From Escherichia coli (GTDB lineage Bacteria > Pseudomonadota > Gammaproteobacteria > Enterobacterales > Enterobacteriaceae), in assembly GCF_030384885.1 (NCBI RefSeq), contig NZ_CP128613.1: a DNA stretch of 64,000 bases. The stretch is one strand, 5' to 3'. Made by a program: the position numbers and the translations under genes. Shown here piece by piece: positions 56,096 to 64,000 of this stretch. The notes below the pieces were generated by a model. That model was not told where the DNA came from, made no database searches, and worked only from the letters and a program-made list of their open reading frames with translations. Each line of letters starts with the position of its first letter. The stretch's first letter is position 1.

Positions 56096-58731
56096 TGTTT
56101 TTCCTCACACCTTTTTCCTTGCGGACAGCCATTTTCCGGCAGACGCGCGTTCTGCTCCAACCATGCCTGGAGATTATCGCCAAAGCGTAAACTGCGCCAC
56201 AGGGTAAAAATATTCTCTTCATGATGGTAATTAAGGTTTACCGTACCACTTTTACCGTCGACGCGACTGGTACCTGTAATATTGGCCTGCATGGTTAACA
56301 CACCGAGATTATCTAAATTAATTTTTGTCGATGAACGGCTAATTTCCATATAGCGCAACCAGTTAATCGCAGAACCCGCGGTCATATTGTCTTTCACCAC
56401 CGCATCTGCGGTGTCTTTATCCAGCCGCAAGGTCATTGGTCCGCTATTTGCCAGCCAGCCGTCTTTAACTATCCATTTTTCATTGTTCAGCCATAAAGGC
56501 AATGCCCCACTAAATGCCCCGGACATGGCGAATTGTTTCGGATTGACGGCGCTAACCAGTTCGCTGGATGAGAGATTATTCAGCCGCAACAGCGCCGGGT
56601 CATGTTGCGGCATGCGTAATTGTTTCATCAGCACGTTACCGCCTAACACATCGACGCTAACATCGGTCAACAACAATGGTTCGTCTTCACTCCACGGATA
56701 ACGCCCTTGCAAATCAGCCGTAATATTTTTCGCTGTCACAAGATTAATCACTTCGGCAATTCGCAACGTAACGGGGCCGCGAGTCCCCAGATGCCAGGCT
56801 CCATCGGCAAAACGGAAAGGCAGGACAAAATCGACACCGTTAACCTGATTATCTGGCATCCAGGCACTACCGCCTTTCAACACACCGTGCCCTCCCGCGC
56901 GGAATCCTTGTTCAGGCGCAGCAGAAAATGCGACCTGGGCATACAGTTCGCCATCGCGTAAGTTCATCTTCCAGTCGGGTGGCACCAGCGGCTGGAATAC
57001 GGTCAGTGATTGTTTAGGCCACCAGGCGTTACCGCGCAGACGAATACCGTCCCAGCGACCATTTACCCGAACCGGGCCAATCTCACCAGCATGTAAATCG
57101 CCTTTAAAGAGGAAATACGTCGGATCGCGTCCATCGACGCTAAATTTTAAGGTTGATGGCGGTAACACACTGCCACCCGTGAACAGCGTTTGCCCGGCGT
57201 CCAGTGACAGCGCGCCGCTAAAGGAGGGATGCTGTGCGTCACGTACCCAGACGACGGGCTTGTCGAGAATTAATCGCGGCTTTTCTACCGTCATCGTACC
57301 GTATTGTAACTGGTCGAAACCGGTTGAGAGATCGGTCAGCGTAATCGTGCTGTCATGCCACTCACCTTTTCCTGCGACATCCCAGGTGGCATTCATCGGT
57401 GTAAAACTCCCTTTTCCCCAGTAGCGCCACTGCCAGCGGCCAGCGTCAGGGAGAAAATCATTCGCCAGCCCATCCATATGCAGTACGAAATCGCCCAGTT
57501 CATTTTCATGCGCCTGCAAAATGGCCTGCAAACGCCCGTCAACACCACGTTGGGTGACTTTTACACCCGCTAAAGGCCAGCGGATTTCATCGATGTCCAG
57601 CGAATCGATGACTCTTCCCTTCGAACGTAATAACGCGCCTGGCTCAAAGGCCAGCGTTGGGTCAGTCAGACTTCCGCTTAGCTGCGCAGGTAAACGGGCA
57701 TATAAAATGAGGTCCGCCTGTTTCGCTTCACCGGTCAGTTGCAAAGGCAGCTGGCTGTTATCCATACTTAATTTTCCTGGGCCAAAATTTAGCACCGCGT
57801 TGCCCTTACCCGCTTGCCCCTGGGTCAGCACACTCAGTCGTCCGCTGACCAGAGCGTTCTCAAGCCCTGCCTGCCAGTTGTCGACTTTGACACCCAGTCG
57901 TCCACTCAAAGGAAAACCTGCATACGGCCAGCTCCAGCGACCATCGCTTACGGTCAATTGTTGGCGAGTAATTTGCCACGGCAGATCGAGCAACGGATCG
58001 CCGTTATCCCGTGCCAGCACAATCAATTGCCCGCTATTTTCCTGCCAGTCCAGCTCGGCATCCACCAGTGAAGGCTCCTGCGGCAAGTTTAACGTCGCAG
58101 TAGCATGACCACTTACAGGAAGTCCATCCGGCACTAGCGGCATAGTAAATTCCCCCACCAGTTTAACTGGCGGCTGATTTTCAAACGCGACGACATCCAG
58201 TTCGCTGACTGTAAGTTGTTGCCCTTTCAGCTGGCCTTGAAATTTAACTTTTTCGCCCTGATAACGCAGTTGCTGGATATCGGAGTTTAATGCGAGAGAG
58301 AGTTTTCCCTGCCATTCCTGCCAGGGAGAAAAAATCAGTTTATCGATATTGATCCAGGTGTTAGGCAACATGGCCTGCCACTGCGCGAGGGTTTTTGGAG
58401 CGGCTGGCGATTGCTCCGTCTGCGGCAATTTCGCCAGACAAGCAGAGTCAAGTTCTACCGTGCCGACGTTCAATAACCAGCGGCTGGGATGAGAAAGGCT
58501 GGCGTTTGTGATATGTGCAAGCTGACAATCGCCCACCAGATAACGGAGATCGGGAATGATTAAACCTTTACGCGTAATGCGTGGGCTTTCATCTAATGCA
58601 ATACGTGTCCCGAGCGGTAGCCAGATGCCCGCCAGCGTGGGAACCCACAAGCCGAGCGTCATCAGCAGCGTCAACGGCACAAGAATAATCAGTAATAACA
58701 GCGCGAGAACGGCTTTATATTTACCCAGCAT
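56092..58731 (-). CDS. ydbH: AsmA/TamB-like envelope protein YdbH
   Basis: 879-aa ORF with N-terminal membrane anchor (MLGKYKAVLALLLLIILVPLTLLMTLGLW); AsmA-like family by established knowledge. Confidence 0.88.
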   Translation of the reverse strand: MLGKYKAVLALLLLIILVPLTLLMTLGLWVPTLAGIWLPLGTRIALDESPRITRKGLIIPDLRYLVGDCQLAHITNASLSHPSRWLLNVGTVELDSACLAKLPQTEQSPAAPKTLAQWQAMLPNTWINIDKLIFSPWQEWQGKLSLALNSDIQQLRYQGEKVKFQGQLKGQQLTVSELDVVAFENQPPVKLVGEFTMPLVPDGLPVSGHATATLNLPQEPSLVDAELDWQENSGQLIVLARDNGDPLLDLPWQITRQQLTVSDGRWSWPYAGFPLSGRLGVKVDNWQAGLENALVSGRLSVLTQGQAGKGNAVLNFGPGKLSMDNSQLPLQLTGEAKQADLILYARLPAQLSGSLTDPTLAFEPGALLRSKGRVIDSLDIDEIRWPLAGVKVTQRGVDGRLQAILQAHENELGDFVLHMDGLANDFLPDAGRWQWRYWGKGSFTPMNATWDVAGKGEWHDSTITLTDLSTGFDQLQYGTMTVEKPRLILDKPVVWVRDAQHPSFSGALSLDAGQTLFTGGSVLPPSTLKFSVDGRDPTYFLFKGDLHAGEIGPVRVNGRWDGIRLRGNAWWPKQSLTVFQPLVPPDWKMNLRDGELYAQVAFSAAPEQGFRAGGHGVLKGGSAWMPDNQVNGVDFVLPFRFADGAWHLGTRGPVTLRIAEVINLVTAKNITADLQGRYPWSEDEPLLLTDVSVDVLGGNVLMKQLRMPQHDPALLRLNNLSSSELVSAVNPKQFAMSGAFSGALPLWLNNEKWIVKDGWLANSGPMTLRLDKDTADAVVKDNMTAGSAINWLRYMEISRSSTKINLDNLGVLTMQANITGTSRVDGKSGTVNLNYHHEENIFTLWRSLRFGDNLQAWLEQNARLPENGCPQGKRCEEKQ

Positions 58732-58938
58732 GGGTAGTTAATATCCTGATTTAGCGAAAAATTAAGCATTCAATACGGGTATTGTGGCATGTTTAACCGT
58801 TCAGTTGAAGGTTGCGCCTACACTAAGCATAGTTGTTGATGAATTTTTCAATATCGCCATAGCTTTCAATTATATTTGAAATTTTGTAAAATATTTTTAG
58901 TAGCTTAAATGTGATTCAACATCACTGGAGAAAGTCTT

Positions 58939-59928
58939 ATGAAACTCGCCGTTTATAGCACAAAACAGTACGACAAGAAGTACCTGCAACAGGTGAACGA
59001 GTCCTTTGGCTTTGAGCTGGAATTTTTTGACTTTCTGCTGACGGAAAAAACCGCCAAAACCGCCAATGGCTGCGAAGCGGTATGCATTTTCGTAAACGAT
59101 GACGGCAGCCGCCCGGTGCTGGAAGAACTGAAAAAGCACGGCGTTAAATATATCGCCCTGCGCTGTGCCGGTTTCAATAACGTCGACCTTGACGCAGCAA
59201 AAGAACTGGGGCTGAAAGTAGTCCGTGTTCCAGCCTATGATCCAGAAGCTGTTGCTGAACACGCCATCGGTATGATGATGACGCTGAACCGCCGTATCCA
59301 TCGCGCATATCAGCGTACGCGTGACGCCAACTTCTCTCTGGAAGGTCTGACCGGCTTTACCATGTATGGCAAAACGGCAGGCGTTATCGGTACTGGTAAA
59401 ATCGGTGTGGCGATGCTGCGCATTCTCAAAGGTTTTGGTATGCGTCTGCTGGCGTTCGATCCGTATCCAAGTGCGGCGGCGCTGGAACTCGGTGTGGAGT
59501 ATGTCGATCTGCCAACCCTGTTGTCTGAATCAGACGTTATCTCTCTGCACTGCCCGCTGACACCGGAAAACTACCATCTGTTGAACGAAGCCGCCTTCGA
59601 TCAGATGAAAAATGGCGTGATGATCGTCAATACCAGTCGCGGTGCATTGATTGATTCTCAGGCGGCAATTGAAGCGCTGAAAAATCAGAAAATTGGTTCG
59701 TTGGGTATGGACGTGTATGAAAACGAACGCGATCTGTTCTTTGAAGATAAATCCAACGACGTAATCCAGGATGACGTATTCCGTCGTCTGTCTGCCTGCC
59801 ACAACGTGCTGTTTACCGGGCACCAGGCATTCCTGACAGCAGAAGCTCTGACCAGTATTTCTCAGACTACGCTGCAAAACTTAAGCAATCTGGAAAAAGG
59901 CGAAACCTGCCCGAACGAACTGGTTTAA
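58939..59928 (+). CDS. ldhA: Fermentative D-lactate dehydrogenase (NAD-dependent)
   Basis: 329-aa D-2-hydroxyacid dehydrogenase with NAD-binding GVIGTGKIG; N-terminus MKLAVYSTKQYDKKYLQQVNESFGFELEFFDF. Confidence 0.93.
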   Translation: MKLAVYSTKQYDKKYLQQVNESFGFELEFFDFLLTEKTAKTANGCEAVCIFVNDDGSRPVLEELKKHGVKYIALRCAGFNNVDLDAAKELGLKVVRVPAYDPEAVAEHAIGMMMTLNRRIHRAYQRTRDANFSLEGLTGFTMYGKTAGVIGTGKIGVAMLRILKGFGMRLLAFDPYPSAAALELGVEYVDLPTLLSESDVISLHCPLTPENYHLLNEAAFDQMKNGVMIVNTSRGALIDSQAAIEALKNQKIGSLGMDVYENERDLFFEDKSNDVIQDDVFRRLSACHNVLFTGHQAFLTAEALTSISQTTLQNLSNLEKGETCPNELV

Positions 59929-59933
59929 TCTTG

Positions 59934-59965
59934 CCGCTCCCCTGTACGCCAGGGGAGCTTATTCA
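59934..59965 (+). terminator. Intrinsic terminator downstream of ldhA
   Basis: gctcccctg-tacgc-caggggagc hairpin followed by ttattc. Confidence 0.6.
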
Positions 59966-60038
59966 GATAATCCCCAAAGATATTTCATCCTCTATTCTTA
60001 AAATATTCCTCAGTCAGAAACCGTAATTGAGAACCACA

Positions 60039-60461
60039 ATGAAGAAAGTAGCCGCGCTTGTTGCGCTAAGCCTGCTGATGGCGGGATGTGTAAGTAATGA
60101 CAAAATTGCTGTAACCCCAGAACAGCTACAGCATCATCGCTTTGTGCTGGAAAGCGTAAACGGTAAGCCCGTGACCAGCGATAAAAACCCGCCAGAAATC
60201 AGCTTTGGTGAAAAGATGATGATTTCCGGCAGCATGTGTAACCGCTTTAGCGGTGAAGGCAAACTGTCTAATGGTGAACTGACAGCCAAAGGGCTGGCAA
60301 TGACCCGTATGATGTGCGCTAACCCACAGCTTAATGAACTCGATAACACCATTAGCGAAATGCTGAAAGAAGGTGCACAAGTGGATCTGACCGCGAACCA
60401 GTTAACGCTGGCGACCGCGAAACAGACATTAACTTATAAGCTGGCGGATTTAATGAATTAA
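60039..60461 (+). CDS. hslJ: Heat-shock lipoprotein HslJ
   Basis: ORF 60027-60461; start MKKVAALVALSLLMAGC (lipobox) gives 140 aa. Confidence 0.88.
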   Translation: MKKVAALVALSLLMAGCVSNDKIAVTPEQLQHHRFVLESVNGKPVTSDKNPPEISFGEKMMISGSMCNRFSGEGKLSNGELTAKGLAMTRMMCANPQLNELDNTISEMLKEGAQVDLTANQLTLATAKQTLTYKLADLMN

Positions 60462-60724
60462 TAGCTGCCACAGCTCCCGGCGGCAAGTGACTGTTCGCTA
60501 CAGCGTTTGCCGTTGGGTAATGCACACATCCCAATCGCCGTACCATCCAGTTGACGGGCAACAGAAAGCGAACCGCCGATCATTGCACAATTTGCTTCTC
60601 CACTACTGGACATCGACGCTTTTAAACCTGGCGCTACGTGCGCCGCAGTCGCCTGCTGAACAGGTTCACTACTACACGCCGACAATAATAAAGCGGCACA
60701 CCCTACCCAAAACGCTGCTCGCAT
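60458..60724 (-). CDS. ydbJ: DUF333 lipoprotein YdbJ
   Basis: 88-aa ORF with lipobox (LLLSACSS); convergent with hslJ, stops overlap by 4 nt. Confidence 0.82.
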   Translation of the reverse strand: MRAAFWVGCAALLLSACSSEPVQQATAAHVAPGLKASMSSSGEANCAMIGGSLSVARQLDGTAIGMCALPNGKRCSEQSLAAGSCGSY

Positions 60725-60997
60725 CTTTTCTTCCTCTGATCTTCAAGCCAAACGACACCGCCATAAATAATAGGCAGCACAGAGGGCGGCGTCGAGAGCT
60801 GTCCTGCGCGTTGCCCCGCATTTTTACTTTTTTATGGCTATTTTTTTGCCCTCTGTTTGATCAAAACATTCATTACGCTGATGTGGGGGACACAAAAGCG
60901 AAAATGCAGAAGAAAGCCATTTGCTAAAATTGAAAGATAACTACTGGGCGCGCAGCAATTTCGTGCGCCCCTCATTTGCGCAATGTAAGGGTGTCAT

Positions 60998-63900
60998 ATG
61001 ATTACTATTGACGGTAATGGCGCGGTTGCTTCGGTGGCGTTTCGCACCAGTGAAGTTATCGCCATCTACCCTATTACCCCCAGTTCCACGATGGCAGAAC
61101 AGGCTGATGCATGGGCCGGAAACGGCTTGAAAAACGTTTGGGGAGACACACCACGCGTGGTTGAAATGCAGTCGGAAGCGGGTGCTATCGCTACCGTGCA
61201 TGGTGCTTTGCAAACTGGCGCCCTCTCAACATCGTTTACGTCATCGCAGGGTTTGCTGCTGATGATCCCAACGCTGTACAAACTGGCAGGCGAACTGACG
61301 CCGTTTGTCCTGCATGTTGCGGCTCGTACCGTTGCCACACATGCACTCTCTATTTTTGGCGATCATTCCGACGTCATGGCAGTGCGCCAGACGGGTTGCG
61401 CGATGTTGTGTGCAGCAAACGTCCAGGAGGCGCAAGACTTTGCTCTCATTTCGCACATTGCGACGCTGAAAAGTCGCGTGCCATTTATTCATTTCTTTGA
61501 TGGTTTCCGCACGTCCCACGAGATCAATAAAATTGTCCCGCTGGCCGATGACACTATTCTTGAACTGATGCCGCAGGCAGAAATTGATGCTCATCGCGCC
61601 CGTGCACTCAACCCGGAACATCCGGTGATCCGCGGTACGTCCGCCAATCCTGACACTTATTTCCAGTCTCGCGAAGCCACCAACCCATGGTACAACGCAG
61701 TCTATGACCATGTTGAACAGGCGATGAATGATTTCGCTGCCGCGACAGGTCGCCATTATCAGCCCTTTGAGTATTACGGGCATCCACAAGCGGAACGGGT
61801 GATTATCCTGATGGGCTCTGCCATCGGCACCTGTGAAGAAGTGGTTGATGAATTGCTGACCCGAGGCGAAAAAGTGGGCGTGCTAAAAGTTCGTCTGTAC
61901 CGCCCCTTCTCCGCCAAACACTTGCTACAAGCTCTGCCGGGATCCGTACGCAGCGTGGCGGTAGTGGACAGAACCAAAGAACCGGGTGCCCAGGCAGAAC
62001 CGCTCTATCTGGATGTGATGACCACACTGGCTGAAGCCTTTAATAATGGCGAGCGCGAAACCCTGCCCCGTGTCATCGGCGGGCGCTATGGTCTTTCATC
62101 CAAAGAATTTGGCCCGGACTGTGTTCTGGCAGTATTTGCCGAACTCACTGCAGCTAAACCGAAAGCGCGCTTTACGGTTGGTATTTACGATGATGTGACC
62201 AATCTGTCACTGCCGTTGCCGGAAAACACCCTGCCAAACTCGGCGAAACTGGAAGCCTTGTTTTATGGTCTTGGTAGTGATGGCAGCGTTTCCGCGACCA
62301 AAAACAATATCAAGATTATCGGTAATTCCACGCCGTGGTACGCACAGGGCTATTTTGTTTACGACTCCAAAAAGGCGGGCGGCCTGACGGTTTCTCACCT
62401 TCGCGTGAGCGAACAGCCGATTCGTTCCGCTTATCTCATTTCCCAGGCTGATTTTGTTGGCTGCCACCAGTTGCAGTTTATCGATAAATATCAGATGGCT
62501 GAACGTTTAAAACCTGGCGGCATTTTCCTGCTCAACACGCCGTACAGCGCAGATGAAGTATGGTCGCGCTTGCCGCAGGAAGTTCAGGCCGTGTTAAACC
62601 AGAAAAAAGCGCGCTTCTATGTGATTAACGCGGCGAAAATCGCCCGTGAATGTGGCCTGGCGGCCCGTATTAATACCGTCATGCAGATGGCTTTTTTCCA
62701 TCTGACGCAAATTCTGCCTGGCGACAGCGCCCTGGCCGAATTGCAGGGCGCGATTGCCAAAAGCTACAGCAGCAAAGGCCAGGATCTGGTGGAACGCAAC
62801 TGGCAGGCTCTGGCACTGGCGCGTGAATCCGTAGAAGAAGTTCCGCTACAGCCGGTTAATCCGCACAGCGCCAATCGACCGCCTGTGGTTTCCGATGCTG
62901 CTCCTGATTTCGTGAAAACCGTTACCGCTGCGATGCTCGCCGGACTTGGCGATGCTCTCCCCGTTTCGGCGCTGCCGCCAGACGGCACCTGGCCGATGGG
63001 TACCACACGCTGGGAAAAACGCAATATTGCCGAAGAGATCCCCATCTGGAAAGAGGAACTCTGTACTCAATGTAACCACTGCGTCGCCGCTTGCCCACAC
63101 TCAGCTATTCGCGCCAAAGTGGTGCCGCCTGAAGCAATGGAAAATGCCCCTGCCAGCCTGCATTCGCTGGATGTAAAATCGCGTGATATGCGCGGGCAGA
63201 AATATGTCTTGCAGGTAGCTCCGGAAGATTGCACCGGCTGTAACCTGTGCGTCGAAGTTTGCCCGGCGAAAGACCGTCAGGATCCAGAGATCAAAGCTAT
63301 CAATATGATGTCACGTCTGGAACATGTAGAAGAAGAGAAAATCAATTACGACTTCTTCCTAAATTTACCAGAAATCGATCGCAGCAAACTGGAACGTATT
63401 GATATTCGTACATCGCAACTGATTACACCGCTGTTTGAATATTCAGGTGCTTGCTCTGGTTGTGGCGAGACGCCGTATATTAAATTGCTGACTCAGCTCT
63501 ATGGCGATCGGATGTTGATCGCTAACGCTACGGGTTGTTCTTCAATTTATGGTGGTAACCTGCCCTCCACACCATATACCACCGATGCCAACGGTCGTGG
63601 ACCGGCATGGGCGAACTCGCTGTTTGAAGATAACGCCGAATTTGGCCTTGGTTTCCGCCTGACGGTCGATCAACACCGTGTCCGCGTGCTGCGTCTGCTG
63701 GATCAATTTGCCGATAAAATCCCGGCTAAATTACTAACTGCGTTGAAATCAGACGCCACGCCAGAGGTTCGTCGTGAACAGGTTGCAGCTTTACGCCAGC
63801 AACTCAACGATGTTGCTGAAGCACATGAACTGCTGCGTGATGCAGATGCACTGGTGGAAAAATCAATCTGGCTGATTGGTGGCGATGGCTGGGCTTACGA

Positions 63901-64000
63901 TATTGGCTTTGGCGGTCTGGATCATGTATTGAGTCTGACGGAAAACGTCAACATTCTGGTGCTGGATACGCAATGCTATTCCAATACCGGTGGTCAGGCG
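60998..64000 (+). CDS. pfo: Pyruvate:flavodoxin/ferredoxin oxidoreductase Pfo (YdbK), 5' ~1000 codons, runs off window end
   Basis: Not in ORF track (no stop in window). ATG at 60998; MITIDGNGAVASVAFRTSEVIAIYPITPSS...; two 4Fe-4S ferredoxin motifs (CTQCNHCVAACP, CTGCNLCVEVCP) and a TPP-binding region. Confidence 0.9.
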   Translation, partial: MITIDGNGAVASVAFRTSEVIAIYPITPSSTMAEQADAWAGNGLKNVWGDTPRVVEMQSEAGAIATVHGALQTGALSTSFTSSQGLLLMIPTLYKLAGELTPFVLHVAARTVATHALSIFGDHSDVMAVRQTGCAMLCAANVQEAQDFALISHIATLKSRVPFIHFFDGFRTSHEINKIVPLADDTILELMPQAEIDAHRARALNPEHPVIRGTSANPDTYFQSREATNPWYNAVYDHVEQAMNDFAAATGRHYQPFEYYGHPQAERVIILMGSAIGTCEEVVDELLTRGEKVGVLKVRLYRPFSAKHLLQALPGSVRSVAVVDRTKEPGAQAEPLYLDVMTTLAEAFNNGERETLPRVIGGRYGLSSKEFGPDCVLAVFAELTAAKPKARFTVGIYDDVTNLSLPLPENTLPNSAKLEALFYGLGSDGSVSATKNNIKIIGNSTPWYAQGYFVYDSKKAGGLTVSHLRVSEQPIRSAYLISQADFVGCHQLQFIDKYQMAERLKPGGIFLLNTPYSADEVWSRLPQEVQAVLNQKKARFYVINAAKIARECGLAARINTVMQMAFFHLTQILPGDSALAELQGAIAKSYSSKGQDLVERNWQALALARESVEEVPLQPVNPHSANRPPVVSDAAPDFVKTVTAAMLAGLGDALPVSALPPDGTWPMGTTRWEKRNIAEEIPIWKEELCTQCNHCVAACPHSAIRAKVVPPEAMENAPASLHSLDVKSRDMRGQKYVLQVAPEDCTGCNLCVEVCPAKDRQDPEIKAINMMSRLEHVEEEKINYDFFLNLPEIDRSKLERIDIRTSQLITPLFEYSGACSGCGETPYIKLLTQLYGDRMLIANATGCSSIYGGNLPSTPYTTDANGRGPAWANSLFEDNAEFGLGFRLTVDQHRVRVLRLLDQFADKIPAKLLTALKSDATPEVRREQVAALRQQLNDVAEAHELLRDADALVEKSIWLIGGDGWAYDIGFGGLDHVLSLTENVNILVLDTQCYSNTGGQA

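Overview
This window reads as an Escherichia coli chromosomal segment running from the 3' end of ansP to the 5' part of pfo (ydbK), in the yncE-ydc-teh-trg-hrpA-ynb-ydb neighbourhood. Gene identities come from reading the supplied six-frame translations against remembered E. coli protein families; no database search was run. Most starts were refined by hand to match remembered protein lengths. About 55 protein-coding genes are supported, plus three small features not in the ORF track: yncL (31 aa), ydcA (57 aa) and the sRNA RydC. No rRNA, tRNA, CRISPR array, prophage or intact IS element was seen. I did not find a clearly novel multi-gene system; the most unusual items are (1) an AT-rich ~1.6 kb segment between ortT and patD carrying a Vat/XAT-like hexapeptide acetyltransferase, (2) a ydcK gene broken by a 1-bp frameshift, (3) a 3' stub of hicB with no hicA, (4) an uninterrupted 1845-aa YdbA autotransporter with only ~650 bp between ydbA and ydbL, where K-12 (from memory) carries the paa/tynA/fea cluster, and (5) the cryptic ynbABCD and ydbH-ynbE-ydbL envelope operons. 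All comparisons with K-12 are recollection and need alignment to confirm.
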